Below are positions 19,813 to 29,289 of a stretch of 64,000 nucleotides of DNA, piece by piece. Location: NCBI GenBank assembly GCA_028687915.1, contig JAQTZF010000001.1, positions 1,966 through 65,965 of the forward strand, read 5' to 3'. Each line of letters starts with the position of its first letter. Within the stretch, counting starts at the first letter, position 1. The notes under the pieces are model-generated. The model did no database searches and was not told the DNA's origin. It worked only from the letters and a program-made list of their open reading frames with translations. Position numbers and translations under genes: made by a program. This DNA is from Candidatus Daviesbacteria bacterium (GTDB lineage: Bacteria; Patescibacteriota; Microgenomatia; Daviesbacterales; UBA10151).

Positions 19813-20835
19813 ATGAAAAAAGGCTTAAAGATTATTCTTCCGCTCTTATTTGTTGTAATAATTGGATCCTTGTTTTTTATAAAAAACAGTAATACAAATA
19901 CCCTTTCTGCTCAAAAACCCCCTGAGACAGTCAAACCAAAGATTACCCTTGTCTATTCACTCCGGGTTAACCAATTACCAGTAGCCATTGCTTTTGAAAA
20001 AGGATTATTTGATAAATATAATCTTCAGGTAGAAACCACTCAAGTCATTACTAATTCAGTTTCTGTTCTAAGTTCCGGTAAAGCAGATGTTTCCCTTGGT
20101 TCACCCAATATATCCTTAACATCTGTAACCCAGGGATCAGAGTTATCATGGATAGGTAATGTTAATAACGATCAGGGAACTGTTTTAGTATCCACTAAAA
20201 CTCCTGCAAACATTAAAACTGTGGGAGTAATCAGTGGCCCGTCAAAAGTACAAACAATTGGTCTGCTTGACCTTATCAAGGTTAATACTGAAAATTTAAT
20301 TTACCAAAACTTTAGTGATGGAAAAACAAAATTAACTGCCTTAAAAGAAAAACAAGTTGACGCAATTCATATCGCCAAACCAGATTGGCTTATTTTTAAA
20401 GAAAAAGCAGGATTATCAGATGAGTATAAAGTATTGCTGGATTCTGCAAGTTATAAAGAAGCGCAAATGCCTGTTTCTATTATTGTTAGAAATGAGTTTC
20501 TAAAAAATAATCCTCAAATAGTAGAAAATTTTACCAAAGCATTAATTGAAGCAGATTACTGGATTAAAAATAACAAAGAAGAATTTATTAGTATTTTACA
20601 AAAACGTTACGCTGATGTACCACCCGAAGATATAAAAATTGAAGCTGAATTATACTTTGCCAATATTCAAAATTTAGAATTTAGCCCCACACAAGAAAAA
20701 GGCAAAGAAATGCTTAAGCTAGTAACAGCAGCTAACCCAAAAGCCAAAGATTACGATATAAATAACTTTATAAATACAGGTATTGCTGATTCGTTAAAAA
20801 GTTCAGGTTTCTTAGATCAATATAATTTAAATTAA
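19813..20835 (+). CDS. Membrane-anchored ABC substrate-binding protein, NMT1/SsuA-like (paralog B)
   Basis: 340 aa, about 40-50% identical by eye to paralog A (KTKLTALKEKQVD, ALIEADYWIKNN, NPKAKDYDINNF). Confidence 0.6.
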   Translation: MKKGLKIILPLLFVVIIGSLFFIKNSNTNTLSAQKPPETVKPKITLVYSLRVNQLPVAIAFEKGLFDKYNLQVETTQVITNSVSVLSSGKADVSLGSPNISLTSVTQGSELSWIGNVNNDQGTVLVSTKTPANIKTVGVISGPSKVQTIGLLDLIKVNTENLIYQNFSDGKTKLTALKEKQVDAIHIAKPDWLIFKEKAGLSDEYKVLLDSASYKEAQMPVSIIVRNEFLKNNPQIVENFTKALIEADYWIKNNKEEFISILQKRYADVPPEDIKIEAELYFANIQNLEFSPTQEKGKEMLKLVTAANPKAKDYDINNFINTGIADSLKSSGFLDQYNLN

Positions 20836-20841
20836 TAAATC

Positions 20842-21879
20842 ATGAATAACAAAAAAATATTATTATCTATAGTGGTATTACTTATCCTTGGCCTTAGCGC
20901 TTTCTTTTTCTTTATTAACTTTAATAAAACTCCAAGCCCTGTAAATACAAAGCCAGCTCCCTCTAGGATAAGCGTTGCCTATATTAGTTTTAATAAAATG
21001 TATGGCATCCCTTTAATAATCGCTGAAAATACTGGACTATTTAATCAATATAATCTTTTAGTGGAGACCAAAGCTACTGATAAAAGCCCGACAAAACTAC
21101 TCGTCGCAAATCAGGTAAATACAATTTTAAACACTCCTTTTGCCCCACTCACAGCAAATACTGAAGGAGCAACCCTTTCCTGGGCCGGAACAATATTTAA
21201 TGATTCGCCTATCGTCTTAGTTTCTTCCAAAGAACCTCAAAATATCAAAACTGTAAGCTACCCTGCCGGAGGAGGAGTCCTGGGTAAAACCAGAACTATT
21301 CAATTATTAAAAGCACTTAATTTGGATCCCGCTAAGATTGTTCTAAATGAAGTTAGTTCAGAACAAATAGCTATGACCACTCTGACAGAAGACAAAGTAG
21401 ATGCTGCTGCAAACATTACAAAAAGTGACTGGTTAATTTTTAAGAAAAAAAATAACTCAGAAAATAATAAATATAAACTCTTAGTCTACTCTGTTGAAAA
21501 AGAAAACCTGCAAATAAGCGGCGGCATTATCTATAGCAAGGATTTTTTAACCGATAATAAGACAACTGCTGAAAACTTTAGTAAAGCCTTAATTGAAGCT
21601 ACCGCCTGGACACGTCTGAATAAAGAGAAAGCAATTGATATATTGGCTAATAAATATTCTATTGAGAAAGACGAAGCAGAAATTTATTGGGATGAGTTTG
21701 TTGCTGTAACAAATAATGTAACTTTTGCCCCTAATTTAGACCAGGCTGAAACACTTTTACAAATCATTAAAACAACAAATCCTAAAGCAGAAACATACCA
21801 GGCAAGTTCTTTTATCTCTACTGACATAAACAACTCTTTAAAGAACAGCGGTTATTTGGAAAAATTCGGATTTAAATAG
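20842..21879 (+). CDS. Membrane-anchored ABC substrate-binding protein, NMT1/SsuA-like (paralog C, more divergent)
   Basis: 345 aa, same architecture. Shares TKSDWLIFKKK, ALIEATAW and NPKAETY blocks with A and B. Confidence 0.55.
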   Translation: MNNKKILLSIVVLLILGLSAFFFFINFNKTPSPVNTKPAPSRISVAYISFNKMYGIPLIIAENTGLFNQYNLLVETKATDKSPTKLLVANQVNTILNTPFAPLTANTEGATLSWAGTIFNDSPIVLVSSKEPQNIKTVSYPAGGGVLGKTRTIQLLKALNLDPAKIVLNEVSSEQIAMTTLTEDKVDAAANITKSDWLIFKKKNNSENNKYKLLVYSVEKENLQISGGIIYSKDFLTDNKTTAENFSKALIEATAWTRLNKEKAIDILANKYSIEKDEAEIYWDEFVAVTNNVTFAPNLDQAETLLQIIKTTNPKAETYQASSFISTDINNSLKNSGYLEKFGFK

Positions 21880-23149
21880 TTTCAACAAAAATCGATTTCT
21901 GCTTGGGAGAAATCTGAAAGCCATCTACAAATTCTATTTTTAAAGCAGAAAACATTTTCTCTTCTACCAATTGAGAAAATGTTTTACCAGACAAAAAATG
22001 AATATTATCACTAACTAGTTTTTCCAGATCTGACTTAATATTTTTATTAAAATTATCTTTAACAATAAGCTGTAACTTAAATTTAGGAAGAGATTTATCC
22101 TTAATGGAATTTGTTATAAATAATTTCCAGGCAGCAGCGCTTAAGTATTTACCAAGAGGATATATAGCTTTATCTATTTGCTCTCTGTAGATTAGATTAC
22201 CTTTTACTCTAACATTATCCATTCCAATCCTGCCATAAATCTTCATCTTCATACTCCTTCCACATTCACATTCTTCTTGATAAACTTTTGCCATATCCCC
22301 TGTTTTATATCTAATAATAGGAAACTCTGTCTTAGTATAAAGACTTGTAAGAACTAATTCACTTTCCTCTTCCGGATTATTTACTTCAAAATAGGTATAT
22401 TGTGTTAACGGATGAACTATATTCTCTGGTGGCTTATTATTATAGAAATCACAAACATAACTCGTTGCCCTGGACTCTGTTAAATTATAGGCAAATCTAA
22501 AATAAGCGTTCTTAAATGTCTTTTTAAAATAATCAAACCTTAAAGGTGAGCAAGGCTCTCCACCAACGCTAATATACCTAATTTGATCTAAAGCTTTTTG
22601 TTTTATCAGATGTGGGATTAGTTGCTCCAAAATAGAAGAGGTAGCAGCAAACCCTTCAATTCTTAATTCCTTAATAACTATGGCAGCGTTCTCTAGATTG
22701 TGAATACTTCCCAAATAACGAGTAATACTTTTATCCTTAAACGCAGGTCTGTTTATTGCCCAGGCAGCAGATGATACTACTACAATCATTGCTGTCTTGA
22801 TTTTTAAATCAAGAGCTTTTTGCACAGCCAATTTATCTGCCGGGTGAGGAAAACCTGCCTTCAGCATAATTAAAATCCCTTTACCTCCTGTAGTGCTGCT
22901 ACTAAACTGGGCACCTTTTATTTTTTCTTTAGGAAAATAAATCCTCTCATAAGGATCAGTCTTAATAATTTCTTCCCGCGTAAGGAATGGAAGTTTTTTA
23001 AAATCTTCCATACTATTAATATCTTTAATTAAATTTATTCCAGCCTTGGTATATTTATCTTTATAAAAAGAAGAATACGGAGAGTTCCAGACAAACTCCA
23101 AAACCCGACGAATCTTTTTAAAATCAGAACTTGTTTGAATATTTTTCAT
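21872..23149 (-). CDS. PaaK/CapK-like adenylate-forming ligase, paralog 3
   Basis: 425 aa. The same identical N-terminal block (LEFVWNSPYSSFYKDKYTKAGINLIKDINSMEDFKKLP). SSSTTGGKGILIM motif. Confidence 0.75.
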   Translation of the reverse strand: MKNIQTSSDFKKIRRVLEFVWNSPYSSFYKDKYTKAGINLIKDINSMEDFKKLPFLTREEIIKTDPYERIYFPKEKIKGAQFSSSTTGGKGILIMLKAGFPHPADKLAVQKALDLKIKTAMIVVVSSAAWAINRPAFKDKSITRYLGSIHNLENAAIVIKELRIEGFAATSSILEQLIPHLIKQKALDQIRYISVGGEPCSPLRFDYFKKTFKNAYFRFAYNLTESRATSYVCDFYNNKPPENIVHPLTQYTYFEVNNPEEESELVLTSLYTKTEFPIIRYKTGDMAKVYQEECECGRSMKMKIYGRIGMDNVRVKGNLIYREQIDKAIYPLGKYLSAAAWKLFITNSIKDKSLPKFKLQLIVKDNFNKNIKSDLEKLVSDNIHFLSGKTFSQLVEEKMFSALKIEFVDGFQISPKQKSIFVETI

Positions 23150-23197
23150 ACTTATGGAGGAAATATACTAAAAGATTCAACTTAACACAAGTGCTGA

Positions 23198-23473
23198 TTA
23201 AAAGAATCCACCACATCCAACAAATAAACAATCAGCTGGATTTTCAGACTTCTCAAAAACAATATTTTGGGATTTATCGCTTGATGCTTTATCTACATTT
23301 TTAGAAAAACAATTTAAGGAGTCCCCTGCACGTTGAGGTACGCTCTGTGTTGGCTGGTTAATAACAAGGTTAATTATTGGACGCCAATAATCTTCTTTAG
23401 ATATAAAAATTAATAAACTAAATATTGGTAGTATTGTAAAAAATAATATAACTTTTTTATTAATCTTTTTCAT
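23198..23473 (-). CDS. Small membrane-anchored hypothetical protein
   Basis: 91-aa ORF with an N-terminal TM helix. No similarity recognised. Confidence 0.35.
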   Translation of the reverse strand: MKKINKKVILFFTILPIFSLLIFISKEDYWRPIINLVINQPTQSVPQRAGDSLNCFSKNVDKASSDKSQNIVFEKSENPADCLFVGCGGFF

Positions 23474-23525
23474 AAAACATACTAAGCACTATATTATTTT
23501 AACTGTTAATTTTCAAGTAAGGCTT

Positions 23526-26201
23526 CTATTTAATAAATTTAATTGAAGATAAAATTGTGTCCAGCTGCTTCATGTTTTTATCACCTACAGGTGTAACTTT
23601 GAGGTGTAGGATATTTTGTTTTTGAGTTAATATAAATTCCAAAGTCTGAGATCCGTTTGCTTCCACCCAAAAAGCTGCTGTAGCATCAAATCCAGGAATT
23701 TCTGCTAAGCCTTTTTTATCTAATTTACCAGAGAACTTAAGCAAACTTTTAGCTACCCAATCCTCAGATTTGCCTGTTAGTGTTCCCCCATAAAAACTAA
23801 TTACAAATTCACTATCAGGTGTTGATAAAGTAGCTACCCCATTTTTTTCAATTATTTTCCAATCCCCCGGATACTTAAAAGAGAACTTTTGAGTTTTTTG
23901 TTCGTATGATTTCCAGTCAGCACTGATTGAACCTGCCAAAGCTTGCCCAGTTATTTTTGCCAGTTCATTTTGGGCTTCCTGTTTGATCTGTGGATTGATT
24001 TCACCCAAACCAACCAAATATTGAAGCTGTTTTTTAGCCTCTTCTGTTTGTCCCCCAGCCTCATAAGCCTTGGCTAAATTTAACCTAACTTCCAAAGCAG
24101 TAGGATCAGCATCCACAGCTTCCTTAAAATATTTTATAGCAGAAATTAAGTCACCTTTGTTTGCGGCAAAGATCGCCATCCTATTAGTAACCTCCACAGA
24201 AAAAGGAGCAATAGCATAAGCTTTTAATATATAATCTTCAGCTTTCTTTAAAGCAGCTGTCTGCTCTTCTTTAGAAGGCGCACTTTGTGAAATACCAAGC
24301 AAATAATCCTCCATCGCAATATAACTCATCCCATATTCCTGTAATAACAGATGATAGGCAGCATTGTAATTTCTTTCCAAATAAAATGGTTTATGTTCAA
24401 AGAACTTGGGATCTTTAAATTTATAATTAAAAGAATCATCAGAAGGAGTTAATAAATCATCAGCTGTTAACATTCTATAAGCTAAACCACTAATCACCGG
24501 CTTTAAAATCTTGGGATCAGGTTTATATTTACCTTCATCAGTTCCAGCAAGTACTGTTTCCCTAAATACCATCGGGGTCACATAAACAGGATGTCCGTGA
24601 TCGATTAACCATTTAATATACCAATTCATTACCTCGTTATACTCTTCCAAACGATCTTTTTTAATCATATCTTCCAGCTCTGGTGGCATTAAATCAGGAC
24701 GGTGGGTGCGTAAATTATCCCTATACCAAGGCAAGATATACCACATATTTGCAACAACCGGAAAAACATCATTTTTACCCAAAACATCATATTGATAAAA
24801 AGTTAAGGAATTAAAAAAATCACCAGAGCCTATAAGAACAGCCCCCCTGGGCAAATTTGAGTATAAGTTGTCTGCATACTCCAGAGTAGTAATATGTGAA
24901 CTTCTATCCAGTTTTGGCAGCCACCAAATAAGAGGAATAAGCACAATTAAAACAAGCGCTAAAAATATAGATTTAGGATTTAGGAATTTTTGCTTTAAAC
25001 TGATTAAAATCTTTATTAATAGACTGAGACCTGTACCTATCAAAATAGTAAAGATAACATAGCTGGCAATAAACCAACTTTCCTGATTTCCAGAAAGATA
25101 TAACCCCCCAAAAATCAGGTTGGTTATAGGAACTGAGATGAGCATTAAAAATAATCTCCAGTTTTTTCTCAATAAATAATAGCCACCCATTAAAATTAAG
25201 GGCACTAATACCGGAGTGAATTGCAAAAACAAAAGGTAAAAATATCTGCCTACTGATTTAGCAAAAATTTGTGATGAACCGGTAAACCCATTTATTGAAT
25301 TTGTTCTGGGATCATTAATGTCTAATCCTTCCCCTTTCAAATGTCCCCAGAAAAGTTCTGGTGTTTGAGGGTCTCCCCAATTTAAGAGTGGGTGCTGCAG
25401 GGCTCTGATGGGCAAATAAGAGTACACCAGAGCTGTTAACCCCAGCACAATTGCCACCACTAAAATAAATCTCTTAATTCCTACTTTTTTCCAGAAAAAA
25501 GTACCTGCGATAATAAGCGCCGGTACAGCCTGTACAATTGTGGGGTTAGTGCCGGTTGAGAGTCCCAAAATAACTGCTCCTAAGATTAAACGTTTGGTGG
25601 AGATTTTACCTGATTCAGGAATCAAAATTACTAATCCCAATAAAGATATCATCATTAAATTAGTTAAGATATAGCTTTCTGTATTTAGAGATTGAGACCA
25701 AAATTGATATGAAAAAGCTAAAATTAAGGTTGAAGCCAAACTGATGGCCTGAATCATCAGAGGTGTTAACTTGAGCATATTCTTAAAATAGCCTGTGAAT
25801 AGATTTTTATCTTCCCTGCCTTCTTTTATAAGCGAAGCTTGAAAACTTCGTTTGAAAGATGAGCTTTCAAACTTGTTTACAAAGAAAAAATTATTACTGA
25901 TTAATTTAACCAGCAAAAAATAAACCCAGGTTAAAACACCAAGAGCAGCAACAATTGATAAAAGCTGCATCCTAAAAAGTACTGAACCAAATGGGATTTT
26001 AGTAAACATGTGACCAACCATCACATAAAATGGAAACCCTGGTGGATTGGGAATGCCAGGTTCAAATGCAGCCGCAATCATTGTGCCTGCATCAATATAA
26101 AGAATAGAAGGAGCTAAGGTTTTTAAATAAATTCCCCCACAAAACAACCAGATAATTAAGATAAAGGGTAAATGAGGAAATTTACGAAGCATATTTTTCA
26201 T
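23526..26201 (-). CDS. Polytopic membrane glycosyltransferase-like protein (DUF2723/GT-C-like) with C-terminal TPR repeats
   Basis: 891 aa. N-terminal LYIDAGTMIAAAFEPGIPNPPGFPFYVMVGHMF resembles the DUF2723 signature (D.GE.IA.A...G..HPPG.PLF). More than 10 TM helices, then a soluble C-terminal region with TPR-like helices (AYHLLLQEYGMSYIA..., AKAYEAGGQTEEAKKQL). Confidence 0.6.
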   Translation of the reverse strand: MKNMLRKFPHLPFILIIWLFCGGIYLKTLAPSILYIDAGTMIAAAFEPGIPNPPGFPFYVMVGHMFTKIPFGSVLFRMQLLSIVAALGVLTWVYFLLVKLISNNFFFVNKFESSSFKRSFQASLIKEGREDKNLFTGYFKNMLKLTPLMIQAISLASTLILAFSYQFWSQSLNTESYILTNLMMISLLGLVILIPESGKISTKRLILGAVILGLSTGTNPTIVQAVPALIIAGTFFWKKVGIKRFILVVAIVLGLTALVYSYLPIRALQHPLLNWGDPQTPELFWGHLKGEGLDINDPRTNSINGFTGSSQIFAKSVGRYFYLLFLQFTPVLVPLILMGGYYLLRKNWRLFLMLISVPITNLIFGGLYLSGNQESWFIASYVIFTILIGTGLSLLIKILISLKQKFLNPKSIFLALVLIVLIPLIWWLPKLDRSSHITTLEYADNLYSNLPRGAVLIGSGDFFNSLTFYQYDVLGKNDVFPVVANMWYILPWYRDNLRTHRPDLMPPELEDMIKKDRLEEYNEVMNWYIKWLIDHGHPVYVTPMVFRETVLAGTDEGKYKPDPKILKPVISGLAYRMLTADDLLTPSDDSFNYKFKDPKFFEHKPFYLERNYNAAYHLLLQEYGMSYIAMEDYLLGISQSAPSKEEQTAALKKAEDYILKAYAIAPFSVEVTNRMAIFAANKGDLISAIKYFKEAVDADPTALEVRLNLAKAYEAGGQTEEAKKQLQYLVGLGEINPQIKQEAQNELAKITGQALAGSISADWKSYEQKTQKFSFKYPGDWKIIEKNGVATLSTPDSEFVISFYGGTLTGKSEDWVAKSLLKFSGKLDKKGLAEIPGFDATAAFWVEANGSQTLEFILTQKQNILHLKVTPVGDKNMKQLDTILSSIKFIK

Positions 26202-26324
26202 CTAAGATATCTTAGCTAAATTTGACAGAAGTAACAATATAATCAAACTATTTCAACTTATCAGCCATAGAATCATTTTGAAATAAGTAATTTCACTAAT
26301 GTGTTCTTATTATATACTTAACCA

Positions 26325-28112
26325 ATGGGAAGAAAAACAAAACTAAAAATTCTAAAACAAGAAGCCCGTAAGCAGGAACTAAAACAAATTCAAGCTCAAA
26401 AATTTGATTCTAAAAATATTTTATTAAATAAGATTTTATTTATTTTTACATTACTCTCTGTTTTACTGGCTATTTTATCTCTCGCATTGGTAGTTTTTAA
26501 ACCAGGTTTACCTTCTGGACATGACCTTATTTCCCATGCTTTCCGTTCTAAAATATTTATTGAGGCTTTAAAGACAGGACAATTCCCTGTCAGATGGGTG
26601 GATTGGAGCAACAATAATTTCAGCGGACCTTTTTTCAATTTTTATCAGGTTGGATATTATTATTTGATTTATTTTATTAATTTAATCTCTTTTTCCATTT
26701 ATGATTCAATTAAAATTTTAATTGTTGGTTCCTGGTGGCTTGGTGCCTTATTTATGTTTCTATATACACGTCGTTTTGGAACACTTCCAGCGTCTCTCTC
26801 GGCATTAATTTATGCTTTTACCCCCTATACTATTTCTGATTTTTTTGTCAGGGCATCTTATCCTGAATGCCTGGCTATTTCTTTTTGTATCGGCGTTTTG
26901 TGGGCAACTGACAGAATTCTTGTTACTGCAAAAACTTATTATGGCATTCCCCTGGCCCTTTGTGTGGCTGGTCTTATCCTGACCCACCTGCCCACCGTGG
27001 TAATAATGGTACCTGTTTTAATTGGTTACTTTTTCCTCCTTCTTTTTAATAAAGAAATAAAGCTAAAAGGGTTTTTGCCGTTTTTAGTTGCAGGATTATT
27101 GGGACTTGGTTTATCAGCCTTTTATCTACTCCCTTCTCTTTTTGAACTAAACTTAGTCAAAAGTTCATTATTAACCTCTTCTTATTATGATTTTCATCCC
27201 CACTTTGTTTATCTACAGCAATTATTTTCTACTTTTTGGGATTATGGAATATCTACTGCAGGGCCCCTGGATGGAATGTCTTTTCAGGTGGGAATTATCC
27301 AATGGATTATTATCTTTTTAGCTTTAACACTCACAATTTACTATCTTCTTTATAAGAAAAATCAAAAAAATACTTCTCATTTAATCTTTTGGTTATTAAC
27401 TTGTTTATACAGCTTCTTTTTTATTCATGAAGCCTCCTTATCTTTTTGGGAAAATATTCAAACCATTGCTTTTATTCAATATCCCTGGAGGTATTTAATG
27501 ATTATTCCAGTAGCCAGTGCTATTTTAGGCAGCTTATTGCTACAGGTATTTACAAAAACATGGCAACAATCACTCGTAATTTTTCTGGCGCTTTTTGGAG
27601 TTTTTATTTTCTATAAACCATACCTTAAACCAGCAACATTCCTCCCAACTGATTACTTTAAGTTTGAAACATCTGATTGGCAAAAAAGCGAAGCAGCAAA
27701 ATACGCAATTCTAGAAGAAGGATATGAACCAAAAACAGCAGAATTAATTCCACAGGGAAATGTTAAAAAGTGGACTATTGATACGGAACAAGCTCAAATA
27801 GAAGAAAAAGCTTTTTTAAATCACTATAAAGATTTTATTACCAAATCAAGTGAACCTGTAATATTTACATTAAATACACACTACTTTCCTGGCTGGAAAG
27901 CCTATATTGATAATATGGAAACTCCAATTGAAACAACACAATACTTTAGTTTTATGAGAATTTCTGTTCCAATAGGATTACATAGAGTAGAATTTAAATT
28001 TACTAATACACCTGTAAGATCAGCTGGAAATGCTATCTCTACCCTCTCTTTAATGTTTATGATTATTTATACAGGAGTCCTACTGTGGAAGTTAAAAAAG
28101 GAGCCAGATTAA
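26325..28112 (+). CDS. Polytopic membrane protein, GT-C-like (ArnT/PMT/YfhO-like), function unassigned
   Basis: 595 aa, ~12 predicted TM helices with a C-terminal soluble domain. Divergently arranged relative to the DUF2723 gene. Confidence 0.5.
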   Translation: MGRKTKLKILKQEARKQELKQIQAQKFDSKNILLNKILFIFTLLSVLLAILSLALVVFKPGLPSGHDLISHAFRSKIFIEALKTGQFPVRWVDWSNNNFSGPFFNFYQVGYYYLIYFINLISFSIYDSIKILIVGSWWLGALFMFLYTRRFGTLPASLSALIYAFTPYTISDFFVRASYPECLAISFCIGVLWATDRILVTAKTYYGIPLALCVAGLILTHLPTVVIMVPVLIGYFFLLLFNKEIKLKGFLPFLVAGLLGLGLSAFYLLPSLFELNLVKSSLLTSSYYDFHPHFVYLQQLFSTFWDYGISTAGPLDGMSFQVGIIQWIIIFLALTLTIYYLLYKKNQKNTSHLIFWLLTCLYSFFFIHEASLSFWENIQTIAFIQYPWRYLMIIPVASAILGSLLLQVFTKTWQQSLVIFLALFGVFIFYKPYLKPATFLPTDYFKFETSDWQKSEAAKYAILEEGYEPKTAELIPQGNVKKWTIDTEQAQIEEKAFLNHYKDFITKSSEPVIFTLNTHYFPGWKAYIDNMETPIETTQYFSFMRISVPIGLHRVEFKFTNTPVRSAGNAISTLSLMFMIIYTGVLLWKLKKEPD

Positions 28113-29205
28113 TTCTTCTATTTTTAGAATCTACTGAATCAACCAAAAAGTTTGTTTTTTGTCCCATTTGATAGGATTGTCCTTCCATCTTATCTGCTGG
28201 TAAAAAGCCAGGAACATCACCATCTAATTTAACATCCACTCCATTTTGACTAATATTACTTACAACTCCTGTAACAACATCATCAACCTGATATTTTTCT
28301 GTCATTTCGGTAAAAGGATCTTTAGTCATCTGTCTTAAGGATAAATTTAATCTGCCTAAATTATCATCTATGCCTGTAACCTTAGCAGATACTTCTCCAC
28401 CTGGCTTAAATTCTTTACTAAGATCAATTTCCACCCCTTCTGCTGGTGCTTCCCAAGTAGTTTCCTGTGGGTAAATAATACCTTCAACTCCATCTACATC
28501 TATAAATAATCCAAATGGTGTAACAGCTAAAATTTTTCCTGTTATTTCCTGTCCAGTTTGAAATGATGCTAATTCCTTTTTCTCTTCATCTTTTAAGATT
28601 GGGCGGGATGAGAAAACCAACTTATTATTATTAGGATCAACTTCTATCACAGATAATCGTAATTCTTTACCCACTAAATCACTTAAGTTAGTTTGGTTAT
28701 TTAGACTTTTAAGGCTGACCTGAGAACTTGGGATAAAACCTCTGATTCCATCAATTGAAACAATTAAACCACCTCTGTTAATTTCAGAAATCTCACCGGT
28801 ATAAGAATTTCCGGTTTCTTTTGCCTGAATAAATTTTTGCCATTTGGACATATCAACCTTTTTGCCACCCCTACCCCTGTTGGAAATTATCTCTTGTTTA
28901 AACATGCTAACAATAATTTGACCTGATTCATTTTCCGGGGAAACGACATATACATCTAATTTATCTCCATGTTTAAGATTTTGTTGTTTTTCTAATGTTA
29001 AATCTTTTTTGCTTAAAATTCCTTCTGCTTTAGCCTTTAAATCAAGGATAATTTCAGAATCAGTAATATTAATAACTTCACCAATAACTTGTTCTCCACG
29101 GTTAAATTGCAGTTTACGATTATCATAGGAGGACATTAATTGATCCATCACAGAAGAATTAGAAGTTGATTGTTGAGTGGTGATTTTTTTAGAATTTTTT
29201 GACAA
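28063..29205 (-). CDS. S1 RNA-binding-domain repeat protein (ribosomal protein S1-like)
   Basis: 380 aa with about 4 S1-like units (GEQVIGEVINITDSEIILDL, GKILAVTPFGLFIDVDGVEGIIYPQE, VTGVVSNISQNGVDVKLDGDVPGFLPADKM). Confidence 0.65.
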   Translation of the reverse strand: MSKNSKKITTQQSTSNSSVMDQLMSSYDNRKLQFNRGEQVIGEVINITDSEIILDLKAKAEGILSKKDLTLEKQQNLKHGDKLDVYVVSPENESGQIIVSMFKQEIISNRGRGGKKVDMSKWQKFIQAKETGNSYTGEISEINRGGLIVSIDGIRGFIPSSQVSLKSLNNQTNLSDLVGKELRLSVIEVDPNNNKLVFSSRPILKDEEKKELASFQTGQEITGKILAVTPFGLFIDVDGVEGIIYPQETTWEAPAEGVEIDLSKEFKPGGEVSAKVTGIDDNLGRLNLSLRQMTKDPFTEMTEKYQVDDVVTGVVSNISQNGVDVKLDGDVPGFLPADKMEGQSYQMGQKTNFLVDSVDSKNRRINLAPFLTSTVGLLYK

Positions 29206-29289
29206 ACATTTATACCTGGCTTTCTTTAAAGGTGGAAAGATTGTAGCAGTTTTCAGTTAAATTCTCAAGACTGAAATAAAAAACAAGGA

